A stretch of 63,927 nucleotides of DNA, counting the filler, from Reticulomyxa filosa (lineage: Eukaryota > Protista > Foraminifera): assembly GCA_000512085.1 (NCBI GenBank). It is 23 parts of 23 records of this genome, joined end to end, with 100 filler letters (N's around TTAATTAATTAA, not from the genome) between each part and the next. Parts side by side here need not be neighbours in the genome. Positions count along the whole stretch, not along the records: positions 10,966 to 21,561 come from ASPP01038099.1; positions 21,662 to 23,331 come from ASPP01003677.1; positions 23,432 to 26,573 come from ASPP01004149.1; 20 more parts are not named here. The stretch is one strand, 5' to 3'. The notes beneath the pieces were generated by a model, which worked only from the letters and a program-made list of their open reading frames with translations, did not search any database and was not told the origin of the DNA. Below are positions 11,050-24,389 of this stretch, in pieces. Both the position numbers and the translations under genes were made by a program. How positions within the stretch are numbered: the first letter of the stretch is position 1; each line of letters starts with the position of its first letter.

Positions 11050-11430
11050 GTTGTTTCCGGTACAGCTCGATACCACCTCCACAAACCATTGAATGACAAT
11101 ACTATCTCTTGCGCTGCACCTGTTCTTTTGTTGATGTTTTCACACGCGCGCATCCACGTATACTTTTGTTCCCTTACAATCTATAATAAAAAAAACACTT
11201 ATTTTAGTGTTGCAAAAAAAATATGAACACACAAGGAAAGTATTTAAAGTGTAATTTGATATATTTTTTTTTAACATTGGACTTGTCACTGTCATCGCCA
11301 ATCTATATTTTTTATTTTAAACAAGTCAAACATAAAAAAGGAAATATTTTTTTTACTTAACTAATTTTTGTCGGCACTCGCCTGAACATGAATATTTTGG
11401 AGTCTAGCTCCAACTAAAAAAATAATTATT
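11050..11430 (-). repeat. Diverged copy A of a duplicated gene 5'/upstream region (copy B at 21085-21500)
   Basis: Shared anchors in the same order: TCCGGTACAG, TCCACGTATACTTTT, TTTTATTTTAAACAAGTCAAACAT, TTTTACTTAACT and TGGAGTC..AGCTCCAA. Confidence 0.8.
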
Positions 11431-14400
11431 ATTATACTTAATGTTTTTTTCTCTTTGTTCTTTTTTTTTTTCTTTATCATTCTTTTTTTTTTTCCATTTA
11501 TCTTTTTTATTTTATTTTATTTTTTCCACCCCTTTTCATCCATATTCTTCTTTTTTTTCCACCCTTTTATTCATTATTTATCCCCCTTTTTTTCTCTTCC
11601 CCCTCCTTTTTTATCAATTATTCTTCTCTTTTTCCCACACCATCTACTTTCTGTCATTATTTTCTCCTTTTTTTTTCACCACCCTTTTGCAATTTTTTAA
11701 AAAAAATAACACATTTTGATCTGGACCTTCCTTGACATGTATGTACACATAAACAAATAAAATTTTATATTTATATGTTTAAAGAACAAAATATACATAT
11801 ACCTATCATCTGGAGCTAGATTTCCATTTCCATTTTTTTTACTGTTGAGTAAACACTCAAAATTTTTTTTGTTTTTATATGAGATTGGGGGGGGACAAAA
11901 AAAAATTTTCTTTATGCGGGGGAATTCCTATTATTACACAAACACACAATTATATTTTTAACAAAAGAAAAAAAAATTATAAAACACAACATACCATTAG
12001 CAATCCTTTCGAATACGGAGTGGCCTTCGACCCCATTCTTTTTGTGTGTGGAAGGTATTGTATAAATGTAACTACGCGACTGTGGACTCCTGTATTACAC
12101 ACATCATATGATATTTTTTTTTTAAAAAAAGATAATGCAAACCTCTTTGTATCCTTTAGGAGACGGGGGTGGCTTCTACTACGTTTTCTTTTTTTTTATT
12201 GCACTGGTCCATGTCTATTTTTAAAAAAGTATGTACATATATTATTTATTTATACATATACGTCTTCAAATAAACATAATATATTTAACAAAAAAAAATA
12301 ACTCGCACCCGACGACGCCGAATGAAATTTAGATTGATCGTCTGCTGCTGTTTGCAACATATTTTCACCAACTTCCACACCAACACTTACATTGCGTGTT
12401 ATCCACTATATCGAGCACGACTTATTGTTGCGCATCTTTTTTGCTTTGTTGTTCGCAATATGTGCATATCATCGAATGCATTTTCCACTCACTCGTTTTT
12501 TCTATTAATAACACAAGATCAAAATGGAAAGGATTTGAGATTGAAAAATATAATCACTGAATTCCTCAAGAGAAAAGTGTGTCTTCAAAATTGTTTATAG
12601 ATATAGATTTATATATATGTATATATATAATATATACTTGTGCCAACAAATTGCACAGTAGATATCTGTCAGTCGCATGCAGCTTGTGCCAAATGAAAAA
12701 ACGGACATGCATAGTTTTGGGTCATTATGGCGATTTGTCCACTTCGAATCACCAGCAATGTGCGAGCCATTGTTGGCTGCTGTACAACCACTACTCCAAA
12801 TTTTAATGATTGAGCACCTTGACTGTCATATCGATTCCAACATACTTCCAAATAGACGTCTGATCGCCTTGTCTGTTAAATTTTATATATGTGTATACAC
12901 GTAAAATTGACATACATTAGTTGTTTTTATCAAATTTTTTACTCAATTCTTAGCTATTCTTTTTTTTGTTTATTTGTTTTCTTAATTGAAAAAAAGGTAT
13001 ATCAAAAATAACTGAAGTATTGACGAGTTTGATATACTTGATATATTTGTGGTTGGTGCAGTTGTGATGGATTGCTGTTGGTGGTGTGGTGATAGTCGGT
13101 GATATAGTTATTATGGCGGTAGTGCCCATTTGGTGTTGCACTGTGTTGACTTGGAGGACGCCATAGTTAGACCGCACTTTGCAAATTGCATCGCAATAAT
13201 TTGTAATTGGAATATGGAGTCGATGGCAATGTGTGCCTTTTGGAGCATAATTAAAGCAGCGTGACATATTTAACGCATACAGCTCCGAACCTCGCCAAAA
13301 AAAAAAGGGAAAAAACTTGACGACTACCAACTGCAAAACTTTCATTTAAAAAATTGCAATTTTGACTTGGATGAACAAATTTTATTAAAAATTGCTTTTA
13401 TTCAAACATTTTATCATGATAACGTGTCAATCCTTTTTATGTCAAACAGAAAAAAAGTTTTAGACTAAGAAAAAGGTTTTTTTAAGAAAGATCTAAAAAT
13501 TCTAAACATTTGAACAATATCTTTAAAATGAAAACTGTGTTGCGTTATTGCTCCTTGCTGTCTGTTAGGTTTTGGCTTGCGACGCTGTTACAAGAAAAAT
13601 AGGTTACAAGAGCTCTTCAAGTTAAGTTCGAACAGTGTCTAAATTTTTTTTGTTTGTTAAAATTGTTCATTGTGAAATAAATAGTACACACAAAAAAAAA
13701 GAAGGACTGACTTGAAAAAGCCGAAACACAATACGACGCAGAAAATAACACCGAATCCACATGCAATAAAAAGAAAAGATATCATCCCTTTTATTTTAGC
13801 TAGCGAATTTGACAATGAAGAACGATAGCAAAGAGTTTTACTAAACGATTTGGAAAATATTTCAGTGGGGTTGTTAATGTTATAAATCTCATTTTTTTTA
13901 AATATCAGCAGTGACATATCAAATAATGGAACTGTCATCCCTGCTATACGACGTTGACAACTGCACAAGAGCACATTCCTTTTGGTACATCTGCAATCTT
14001 ATATCGTGTCACACTATCGCATATGATTGGTTGTTTTCGTGACTTTGGGCAATCAGTTGACATGTCATTGCATCAACGCCTACAAAAATGAGATTGAACG
14101 AGTGATGCCCTTTTTTTTGTAGACCCTTAATTTTTTCTTTTCTTTTTAATATGAGCACTAATTAGCGTTTTTTTTTCTTTCTGTTATAAATGGTAGTGTT
14201 TAAGGTAAGTTTTGATATGACAACAGCACGTAGAGAGGTTATTATCGATTTGGTATAAAACGAGTTTCTTTGTTTAAACTTTATTTAACCAAAAGATTTT
14301 AAGAAAACATTGAATGTTTATCAACAAACATTGAAGCAAATGGAGCACTTGAGAATCTGCAGATAATGTTTAAAAAAATTGAAAACTGTTTATTTCTTAT

Positions 14401-14929
14401 ATAGAAGTTGTCAAATTTTGATAGTTAAAAATGAAAAACGTGTTTTTATGCCATAAGAGATTGTGTAATTATATGTCCATTGCAAATATACCTAGCAATA
14501 CCAAAGAGAAAGAAAAGCCTTTGGGAACATGACCGGCATGTTACTGAAAAAAAATAATTGATAAACATCTTTACCATAACTCAGCTCCTTCATTTCATCT
14601 ATATATAATATCCGAAATCTTTTTGATGGACTTGAAGTCATCCAGTAGCGAGGCGTTGCAATAGAGGAATGACGACCAGCTTGACAAATAGATCATACCA
14701 TCACCAACATCTTTTACGATGACCACAAAAAAAAGCAATGCGATTGTAATCGAACATGCTGAGAACGAACGAGGAAAAAAAAAAGTATGGAAAAAAATGT
14801 GCATTACGTGGCATGTGTACAGTAAGTAATATTTGGACGATATCGTTTTGCACTAAACTCAGAGTGCGTGATAGATTGAAACTCCTTTACGAAGTCGGTG
14901 ACATTTCTCGTGGGCACGTCGTCAATTTG

Positions 14930-15689
14930 TAAAAAGCCTTGGCAGGCCACATTACAAAATCTTCAAGGTCAAAAAACATTAATGGAAATTTACATTGCTG
15001 CCACGGGTCCCATCTCCGAAACTGAACACACCGACTTATCTTGCACCCACGCGCTATGGTCATGTATGCCAGCAAAAATTCGTCATGTTTTTTCAAATAC
15101 ATTCCGATGACGTTTTTCATTACCGATTCTGGTATATTGTATGTTAATGTTCACGTGCATGTATACGTATATATAATCAATAGATAAACCAACTGTTGAA
15201 GTGGACAGCAATGAAATTCGAACAGGCTGAGTGATGTCATCGAAGTGCAAGAACAAACCCCGAAAAAATAAAGCACTTTTGATATTGGCCTCTTGGCGCA
15301 ATGGCAAACACAAAAGAACCAAGAAATTACAAATTTGTATCGGAGTAAATATTGATAGCGTCGTCTCTGGAATATTGGCAAAAAACTGCCAACGATATCG
15401 ACTTTTGTATGGTGTCAATATCTTCGTTTTGATTTACTCTGTTTTGTTTTTTTTACATTCACACATAAATAAATAAATAAATGTATAAATGTATATACAC
15501 ATATACACATACATATATGAAAGTGAGGACACAGTAAATACTGCCTATCGTATGGAGTCAGCGAGCGAACCTGGCAAGATACATTTGAGTGAGGATTTTT
15601 ATAGCAATCTCCACCCATTAATCCAATTCTTTTGTGAAAAGTTGGAGGGACATGACGATTACGTATTATCCGCACAAAATACAATTTGA
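14930..15689 (+). pseudogene. Class III adenylate/guanylate cyclase catalytic domain, degenerate
   Basis: FKV(K)TLMEIYIAATG, ICIGVNIDSVVSGILAKNCQRYRLL and DTVNTAYRMESASEPGKIHLSE match cyclase motifs (IGIHSG...PRYCLFGDTVNTASRMES...IHVS). Split across frames with substitutions in conserved residues. Confidence 0.8.
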
Positions 15690-18600
15690 ACCAAAACTTA
15701 AAACTCATTGTTCCTTTTCGCTTGTCTTCTTAACAACGGTTGTCACAAGCCCATATTGTCTCGTCGCCGCCGTCGTCGATAAGCCATTGCACCTCTGCTA
15801 ACGTGTCAGCCGGCTAGCGAGTCGACTGACTTCACTCTTACACCACACACTGTGTCTCCAAAAAACGTAGTCCCACAACATCTTGCACAACTGACTTAGG
15901 CTCCAGTATCTCTCCCACTCTCGTCGACGCACTTGCAGCCGAATTGGAGTCCGAGAGCTAGACAAAGTACCGGTCGAAGAGCGTCGATATCCTCCAATCC
16001 ACACGAAAAAATCACTGCAGGAGCGAAAGAGTTGGAGTCAACACAATCTACGCAAGCAATAGCAGTGACACATTTAATGATGGAGCTGTTAATCTTTTAT
16101 GATTTTAATCGTTGGATAAGAGTAGCATATTTCCTTTGCTACATCTAGAGTTTATGCACCACTGAACTTCTTACACAGTGTATGTTAGGTATAAGTTGTC
16201 TCAATGTTCAAGTGTCTCTTGGCATTAAGAATTTTGTATTTTGGATTTTTTAAATAAAATGAATTGATTCAAAATTTATTTTATTTAACAAAGAATTTTA
16301 TTAAATAACAAAACATTTCAGCATAACTAACTTGGAAAAAAACTTTGCGTTTTCTTTCTCTGTTATAAATTAAATAATATTTCAAGGTATCCTGATATTG
16401 ACAACAACATCTGAAAAGAATTGTCTATTGATTGGTGTACAAAAGTTTTTTATTTAATGTCTTAAAATTTGAAGAAAAATTGAAATTGTAGAAATTTTTT
16501 AAAAATATCAAAAATTGGGGAAAGTGATAAAATTGTTGAATTAAATAACACAAAAAAAAAAATAAGCATTTTCAACACTAAGTTTTTTTAGAGTTTCAGA
16601 AATAACCCAAACTCGGAAAATACATAGTCGATTTGAACGATAGTCTTTATTTTCCAAGTCACAGTTGGAGCGGCATCTCAATTTGATTACCCTTATACAC
16701 AACCACAAACGAACTTTTTGCATTGTCACAGCCACATTTCACGCCGATTTTCCGCACTTCAGCACGTAGCCAAAGAGCGATGTTCTCCGTAAATGCAATA
16801 GTCATTTCTTAAATTCATGTGCCTGTCAACGTATTTTTAAGTTCATTCTTGAACAGTGTCTTGATTTTTTTTATTTGCTGGCTGTGTCTTTACTGATACG
16901 CGTAAGCTCTTGTTTTTGCAATATGTGTGGCCAATGGCATTTTAAACAGAGGATCGCACAATCAGGTTTCTTTCGTCACAATAAGTTGACAGGAAACTCG
17001 TACTTCCTCTTTCTGTATTATCATCTGCGGCTACATTTGCACTTGCTTGGAAGAATGAATCTAATTTCTTCTTATATCAGCAGCAATTTTTGGAGGACAA
17101 ATAAGATTTATTACATCTTTATGCTATTATGTTTTGCATTAATCAAATGTGAGATATTTTCTTGTATTAGAAAGAGAAATAAAGTGAATTGATATAAATG
17201 ACTCACCATCAAATCTAGACACTTTTTAATTATTTAAAAAACAATGATAACAAAGCTTTAATGAGGATCGACATTAACCAGCGACTGACAGATTGATGAA
17301 ATCCGGTTTACTGTTCAAGGTCGATGTATAAACGCGTTGCAAAGAATCGGGCATTGTTTTTTTCACTTGCTGTATAATTGAGTCCATTATCCACTAAAGA
17401 TGTTGGACATATCAAAATCTCACAGCAAAAAAGCAAATCCATGCAAGTATGAAAATTCAAGCTGCATATTTGCACCAAGAGTGTCGTTTGTCCATGGTCT
17501 TTCGATGTTACTAAGTATTTCCCATTGATACCACAATACTGGGTCTTCATTTTTGTTGAGACTCCGTTTCGTTTTCAATGAGTTGTTTCCATTTATCAAG
17601 CCATTGAATAATCGAGTTTCACTTTGTCTGATGGGACTATTCTTTCAGAACCATTTCTTTCCGTAAATATTAGTCCTTTTTTTATTTTGATAATAATACT
17701 TTGAGCAAGTTTTGCTACTAGTCAATTTTGGGAGCATACAAACAAACAAATATTTTTTTAAAAAGTGTTCAAAAAAATTGGAAATGAAAACAAAATAGTT
17801 ACTTGAAACTATATTTCAATATCTTCTTTCAAAGACACTTAATCAATGAAGTGTAGAATAAATAATCCAGTCATTTTCTTGCTAATCTCGCTTATACGTG
17901 TGGAGACATATAACACCAATATCCGATCAGCCAAATATTTAATTTGGGATTGTGTGTTTGTAATTGCACAATACATTTGTGCTTGATTTCCATAACAGTA
18001 TCATATCATCATCTTGGTATGACGCATATCGATATCTTCAAGAGATTTGTTGTGTGTCCATCCTCTCATCCACCTTATTTCTGTGTGGACATAGACACAC
18101 GCCTTGTCTCTTTGCAATGGAACCACACGCTTCTTTGTGCAGAGACTTTGTCACTGACATTTCCTTTTCATACGATCCATTACCGCTTGATCCAATATTC
18201 TTTCATTCTTCTTTTTTTTTTTTCTTCTTCTCCCCTTCCTTTCTTAATCGCCAAGCCTATGTAAATCACTTCACATTCAAAGGGTTTGCTTTGATGGACA
18301 TATATATGTATATATATTACAACAACGTTTAAAAATATAACACAAATAACATACATCCACACCGACCTTCAAATAGAGCTTCTATTCTTCATTTCTAATT
18401 GATCTTTCTAATTTTCTTGTCCTTTTGTAGTTGTTTTTTTTTTTTCTTCCATTGTTCTGATTTTGTGCTTGGACAAGATATGTCCATTCTTGTTTTGAGC
18501 TTGAATAATGGAGGAATTGCACGCACAAGAAAAAAATTTTCATCGAACATGCATCTATTTGGATATTTCCTTCATTCTAGACCACCATTATCTAAAGGTA

Positions 18601-19813
18601 AAATCACATTTATATCATTACAACTCCTGGTGATCACGTTCAATTTGGATTGCTTATGACAATACAATCTGTTATCGAGGATAAGGCGTTCAATGCTCCC
18701 CCCCCCTTCCTCTCATTATATTATTCAAATCTTGCATGGCTCGATGCTTGCACAATCAAAGAGGTCGCACTAGTGGATACGATGATAAAGAGTGGAGTTA
18801 TACGTGTTATATACTGATGATGCTTTGGACAAATTATTTTAAATCTCTAAACGTTTCACTTTAATCAATGTTCTTCTGTCTTATTGTCCCAAATATGCAG
18901 TCACAGGAGACTAAGCCAAACAATGACATGTCGATTGCCTTTTTCATACATGTCAATGATAACGGCGACCATCTCCATTGTGCTGATAGACAAACTAGTC
19001 CAGGTGCAATGCTGTAAATTGTATTGGTCATAGCACACAGCCCACCACTGGCTCGAATAAATCGGCTGTGTACATTGCATGGGTGCTACATGAAAAATAG
19101 CGAGTCATTGGCTACCATTGTCGTCGTCGTTGTCGTCATCCCCAGCCATATTTGCATACACGTAAAGATTGTGTTTAGCGCATCTCCATTCGAAAGCGAT
19201 ATTGGATCATGTGGAACTTGACCTTGTGTCGTTGTCTGGAGGGTCGTTCGTTTGAAACGAAATTGATTGCTTCCCAGATATGATCAACGATTATCCACAC
19301 GTATCTTGGAGACAATGTTCAAATGCTCGAAGAAATCCAGAAGATACAACAATTGAGATCTCCGAGTTACAAATGTTCAATGGGCGTATTCTTTTGTTTG
19401 AGCGTGGCTTTTTCTGTAATACGCGCTCGAGCTGCTATTACTTGCTTGATCCATGAATCGGGTTGCTTTCGAGAATAGAGAAAGCAAAATACTTTTATAC
19501 ACTTTTTATTACGATTGGTCGTCAAATTGATAGTATGATCAACCAATATCTATAATTTGTACGCAATAGAACTGCAAATTTGCACCAGCGTTGGTGTCGA
19601 CAAAAAAAAAAGTGGGAGCAGCAATTGAATTAAAGTGCACATGGCGAAAATAGTGCCGTTATTGATTGTGCGGTGACCATCAAACTTCCTTGCACTGCGC
19701 ACTTCTTTTCAACAATCCATTTGAAGCATTCTTCAATACATCGAATTTGATATATGCCCATGTTTCACAAGTAGGTTAGCCATAACATGACTCCATCTTT
19801 GTTTCTTGTTGTG

Positions 19814-21240
19814 TCAATTTGATGAATATTCTATGTGCCTTGCAACGAGGGTCTTTGTTGCTGTACCATCATATTCAAATCCATTTGTACTACAGGCACG
19901 TACTTGTTGTTCACTGTCGACACAAGTAATCCGCAGGTAAGATAAATCGTACAATCGGAAAAAACAAGATGGACTGGCACACTCCAAGACGACTTTACAA
20001 CAACCATAATCACCACGATACATTGGCATCTCGCAATACGCATCATCTTCACAACTATAGTACAAAGGCGTGGGAAAGACATTGCATGATATGTTATCGA
20101 GAATACTGAGAGAGTTACCGTTTGATCTTGCATTGGATATCAAAGCTGGGACTCTTGTCAAGGAAGATACGAAGGGCGAGTAGTTAGTACGGCTTGCTGG
20201 AGGTGTGGTCGAACAAATTTGCTTGGGAGTAATTTGTGCAAGAATAGGAGGTACTGTCGCTGCGGACTCAGGAAAAACTTTCGATAATTCCACGTTGCAT
20301 TAAATATCGCACGTTGGGCTGGTCGAGTTAGCACAAGAGCAGTAATAACTGCAAACCAAAAACAAAAAACCAAAATCCAAAAATCTTTTCTGTCTCTCAT
20401 GACATAACGTACATACTTGGACAGTCTTGGGCATGATGATACAATAAAGCGCAACGAAAGAATACCAGTTATTACAATAGATAACACATTTTCCACAATA
20501 TTTTGAAAAAATTCGTGCACGAGATAGTCCGCTTTGAATCAACCCAGGTACATTCCAAAAAAAACTGATAATCGAATATACTTGTGAGCACGAGCACGAT
20601 GGATAACTCGGTCTACAGTCGATTTCACAATAGAATGGATAGTGGCAGAAAAAGTTGGGACCTAGATCGGAAGATAGCATGAAGATTACATTGAATGTTG
20701 AGTAGATCCATATAAAAGAGATTCGGCAGATGGTTGCATATGACGGCGACCTGAGTGGCGTGCTGAAGCGCAGCTCGACTGGCGCATATATAGCGAGCAG
20801 GTGTTATCAATGTACGTGGGTTCTCGAAACCCAGTCCCAACAAATGATTCTTTGCTTCAGATCCATCGTGTTCATTCCTCCCATGCGAAATGCTTTCGGC
20901 GCACGTGCAAGGCTTTCCTCTGGATATGATCCCACTGAATAATACACTCCGCTATCCAAAAACGCCAAGTCTGTATATCACAAAACAATTTATCTTAATG
21001 AAAACTTTTTGTTTGTTTTCAATTTGTTTTTTTACAATTGTTTTAAATTACAATGTACTGCAAAACGAATATATGATAATACATAAAGTCTCCGGTACAG
21101 TCGAAATATCTATTCTAATTTCTTACAGCTTATCTATCCATGCCAATTTAATGATAACCCATCTCTTGATCGAATCGACACTAAGGCTTCCCATGAGCGT
21201 CCACGTATACTTTTTTCCTTTGCTGCATATATGTTAAAAA
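19814..21240 (-). pseudogene. Degenerate gene for an unknown Cys-rich membrane protein
   Basis: Chain of overlapping minus-strand ORFs (20625-20843, 20300-20680, 20158-20520, 19814-20293) with hydrophobic helices and Cys clusters, joined by frameshifts and stops. The 5' part is paralogous to 11050-11230. Confidence 0.5.
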
Positions 21241-21500
21241 ATATGTTACAAAAAGAAATTGGAGAAATACACAGGGATAGTTTTGAAAATGATAGAACGT
21301 ATAATGTGATATGATTTTTTTTATATACTGAACTCGTTGTTGATGATCCGCCGCTGCATCACTTTACATTACTATTTTTTTATTTTAAACAAGTCAAACA
21401 TGAAAAAAAAATATTAATTTATTTTACTTAACTTTTATTGTTGAGATCCACCGGATCTAATTTTCTGGAGTCATAGCTCCAATACTTAAAAAAAAGTTTC
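21085..21500 (-). repeat. Diverged copy B of a duplicated gene 5'/upstream region
   Basis: Same anchors as copy A at 11050-11430, same orientation, about 10 kb away in the same contig. Confidence 0.8.
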
Positions 21501-21720
21501 CATTTTTATTTTTTTTTTTCTCTTTATCTTTTTTTCTTTTTTTTTATCAATCTTTTTTTTTNNNNNNNNNNNNNNNNNNNNNNNNNNNNNNNNNNNNNNN
21601 NNNNNTTAATTAATTAANNNNNNNNNNNNNNNNNNNNNNNNNNNNNNNNNNNNNNNNNNNNTCATACAAGTTTTTGAACAAAAAAAGAATTTTAAATTTG
21701 GAAAACAGTTTTTGTTATTA

Positions 21721-22141
21721 TCACAAACAAGAAACGAAATCGTTCTTTCCACAATTGTTACATTGCATTGGAGAAAGGTCCCTCTTCATATTGTGATGAC
21801 ATCGACTGCAATCAGTCCAAAATCCCTTTATGTTTAGTACATACATAAAAAAATCATATATCTTTCTTCCCCTCGTTTGTTTTATTACTTTTGGTTGTAT
21901 TGTGATGATGGTAATAACTTCAGCTAATTTAAAAGCAAAACAAAAAATTAACTTTAGCACTTTCTCCCTTCACTTTTTGCAGGAAAGAGATTTGGCCACT
22001 TGCTTTTTCTGGTTTGTCCGTTTTCTCCTTTTTCTTTCCCCCCTCTTCCTTTTCCTCGTCGCCCTCTTCGTCGTCCAACACGTCATCTAGTTCCTCGTCA
22101 GGAGAATCATCTTCCTTATTTTCTTGTTCTTTTTTGCTCAT
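21721..22141 (-). CDS. Hypothetical protein with acidic N-terminus and CxxC-CxxC zinc ribbon, 5' part
   Basis: Exon 1 MSKKEQENKEDDSPDEELDD...KGESAK, then an intron, then GFWTDCSRCHHNMKRDLSPMQCNNCGKNDF. Confidence 0.6.
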
Positions 22142-22386
22142 GACTACAAAGAGATTCTTTAACCTTGCAAACAATATTATTTGTCACTTCGGGAGTCTTT
22201 TCGAAAGAACGTTTGTGACCTGTAGACCGACAAGTAAAGTTTTTTGCTTTTCTATTGTGCCACAATTACTATTTTTCTGATTGAATCTTGCGCAACACGT
22301 CAGGGGACTGACAAAAAACTGGAAAAAAAAAACATTTGCAGCAAGAAGGGTAAAAAAACAAAAAAAAACGGATCAGCACGCTTCTA

Positions 22387-23221
22387 ATGGCGAACATATA
22401 TGATCAAAAGCTCAATAACCTGGAAGAATATGCGTCACTTGGAGAGGAGAATTCAAATGCATTTCATTATGTAGCATTCAATCAATCATTGGCTTCTGTG
22501 CACAGTGAAGCAAGTGCAGAAGGAGTAGCCGAGCCTCACGAAGGGGAATGATCCAAACCTTTGGTACTCCTCAAAGCTACGAGTTTGTGCGAGCACACAC
22601 AGGCCCTCTGCTCGAAAAAGCAGAGACAGAAGACGAAAGAAATGCATTAGCAAAACAAACAAGACATGCGGCGACAGTCTCGTTTTCCCCTTGGACACCA
22701 CAGGGTAATGAGTGCAAATGAGTGCATTCATTATTTTTTTTTGTTTGCGAAACAAAGCAAAGAAAAGGAAAGCGAGAATCGAGGGAGAACGTCAGTTGTG
22801 CTGTAAAACGGAAAACACAGGCGCGGTGATCTATTTCCAGCAGAAAGTGCAGCCAGGATCGATCAAAGGATCAATATTTAATATGGTGTTATCGACAGTA
22901 GGAGGAGGAATGTTGACACTGGCATATGGAGTGCGTCAAGTGGGATTGGTGCCGGGATTGATAATGTTGACATTGAGTTGTTGGCTGTCGTACTTCACCA
23001 ACGATCTGTTGTTGATCGCATGCAAGTACATGCCAACGCATGAGCAAGAGAAGGTGACATTTTGGAGGTTCAGTTTGGCGTGCAGTCCAGTGTGGGGAAA
23101 GCATCTGGCCAATTTCACGCAGGTACTATTGCTCGTCCAAAACTTTGGTAGTTTATTAGTTATGAAGTTGCGTTTGGGGGATTGTTGGATTTGGTTTGGA
23201 AAGTTGTGATTGATTCTAAAA
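22387..23221 (+). CDS. Amino-acid transporter (Aa_trans; SLC38/AVT-like), 5' part
   Basis: GSIKGSIFNMVLSTVGGGMLTLAYGVRQVGLVPGLIML is the family N-terminal motif. Two single-base frameshifts at about 22518 and 23155, probably sequencing undercalls. Confidence 0.85.
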
Positions 23222-23431
23222 GTATATATTATATATATATTATATATATATATGTATATATGTATATATAATATATATTACATATATTATTATATAATAT
23301 ATTTTTTTTTTTTTAAAAAAAAAAGGGGTAANNNNNNNNNNNNNNNNNNNNNNNNNNNNNNNNNNNNNNNNNNNNTTAATTAATTAANNNNNNNNNNNNN
23401 NNNNNNNNNNNNNNNNNNNNNNNNNNNNNNN

Positions 23432-23580
23432 GTTTAAGAAGATGGATCGAAAAGGGGGAAACATTTTATTTAAGAAAATGAATCAAAAAGGGATGATTTT
23501 ATTTAAGAAAAAAAATCAAAAAGGGGGATTTTGTTTAAGAAAATAAAAAAGGGGGGATTTTGTTTAAGAAAATAAATGGA
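23432..23580. repeat. Degenerate minisatellite, about 30-bp unit
   Basis: About five copies of TTTAAGAAAA...AAAAGGGGGATTTT(A/G). Confidence 0.75.
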
Positions 23581-24389
23581 AAAGTGATTGAAAAAATTTT
23601 ATTTAAGAAAATGAAGAATGAAAAAAAAAAAGAAATGAAAAATGTTGAAAAATAAAATTAAAAAAAGACAATGTGAAAAAAAATTGAAAAGATATTAAAA
23701 GAAAAAAGAAAAAAAGGATAGAAAAAATATAAAAAAAGTTAACAAAATTGGAAAAAAAAAACGAAATTACTCAAAAATTTGAGTCGCTGGAAGAAAACGA
23801 AGTGGCAGATTGCTTAAGTATATGTTTGTCTGTTTATATGAACTTGACTGATTGTATTGGAATACTGTTTGATTGTTGAAGGAGTATCAACGTTAAATTG
23901 CCACAGTGAGAAAAATGCATTGTGACGATTTTTAGAGCATATGGAAATCCGCCAGTCCAACAACGAAATAGTGAAAACCGAAAAAAATACGTATACTAAC
24001 TATGCATTGCATTACGTGCTTAAATTAATATATAGTTTTTCCGGGTTGATTGAGTTTATAAACTTGAAGAAGCGCATTGGAATTACACATTCAGGCTTCT
24101 CTGGTCAAAATCTTTGAAGAAAGGATTGTATATTGCGGTAGACTGGTCGACAGCAGAACATACAAATAGCGAAAGACGACAGAATTAACTCCAGAGCAAA
24201 AACGATGAAGGTCAAATTGATGCAAGGAACTTTGGCGCAAAAGCGCACAGAACATGGCACTACTGAAGATGTGCGTCACAAATTGTTATATGTATTGAGG
24301 TTAGCCAAGTTTTTGCTGACAAGTAATTATGTAGGTGTGATGTGTCGAATAGAACAAATAAAAGAAGAAAAAAGAGCGATTGTATAAAG

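Noticed and set aside
11441-11719. Phe-rich ORFs (also 18399-18659, 43192-43650, 48975-49445) as membrane proteins
   Set aside because: They are translations of T-rich low-complexity DNA or the antisense of Lys/Glu-rich tracts.
21721-21830. Zinc ribbon as RNA polymerase subunit RPB12
   Set aside because: Only the CxxC spacing is similar; the conserved RIxYK tail is not seen and the acidic N-terminus does not fit.
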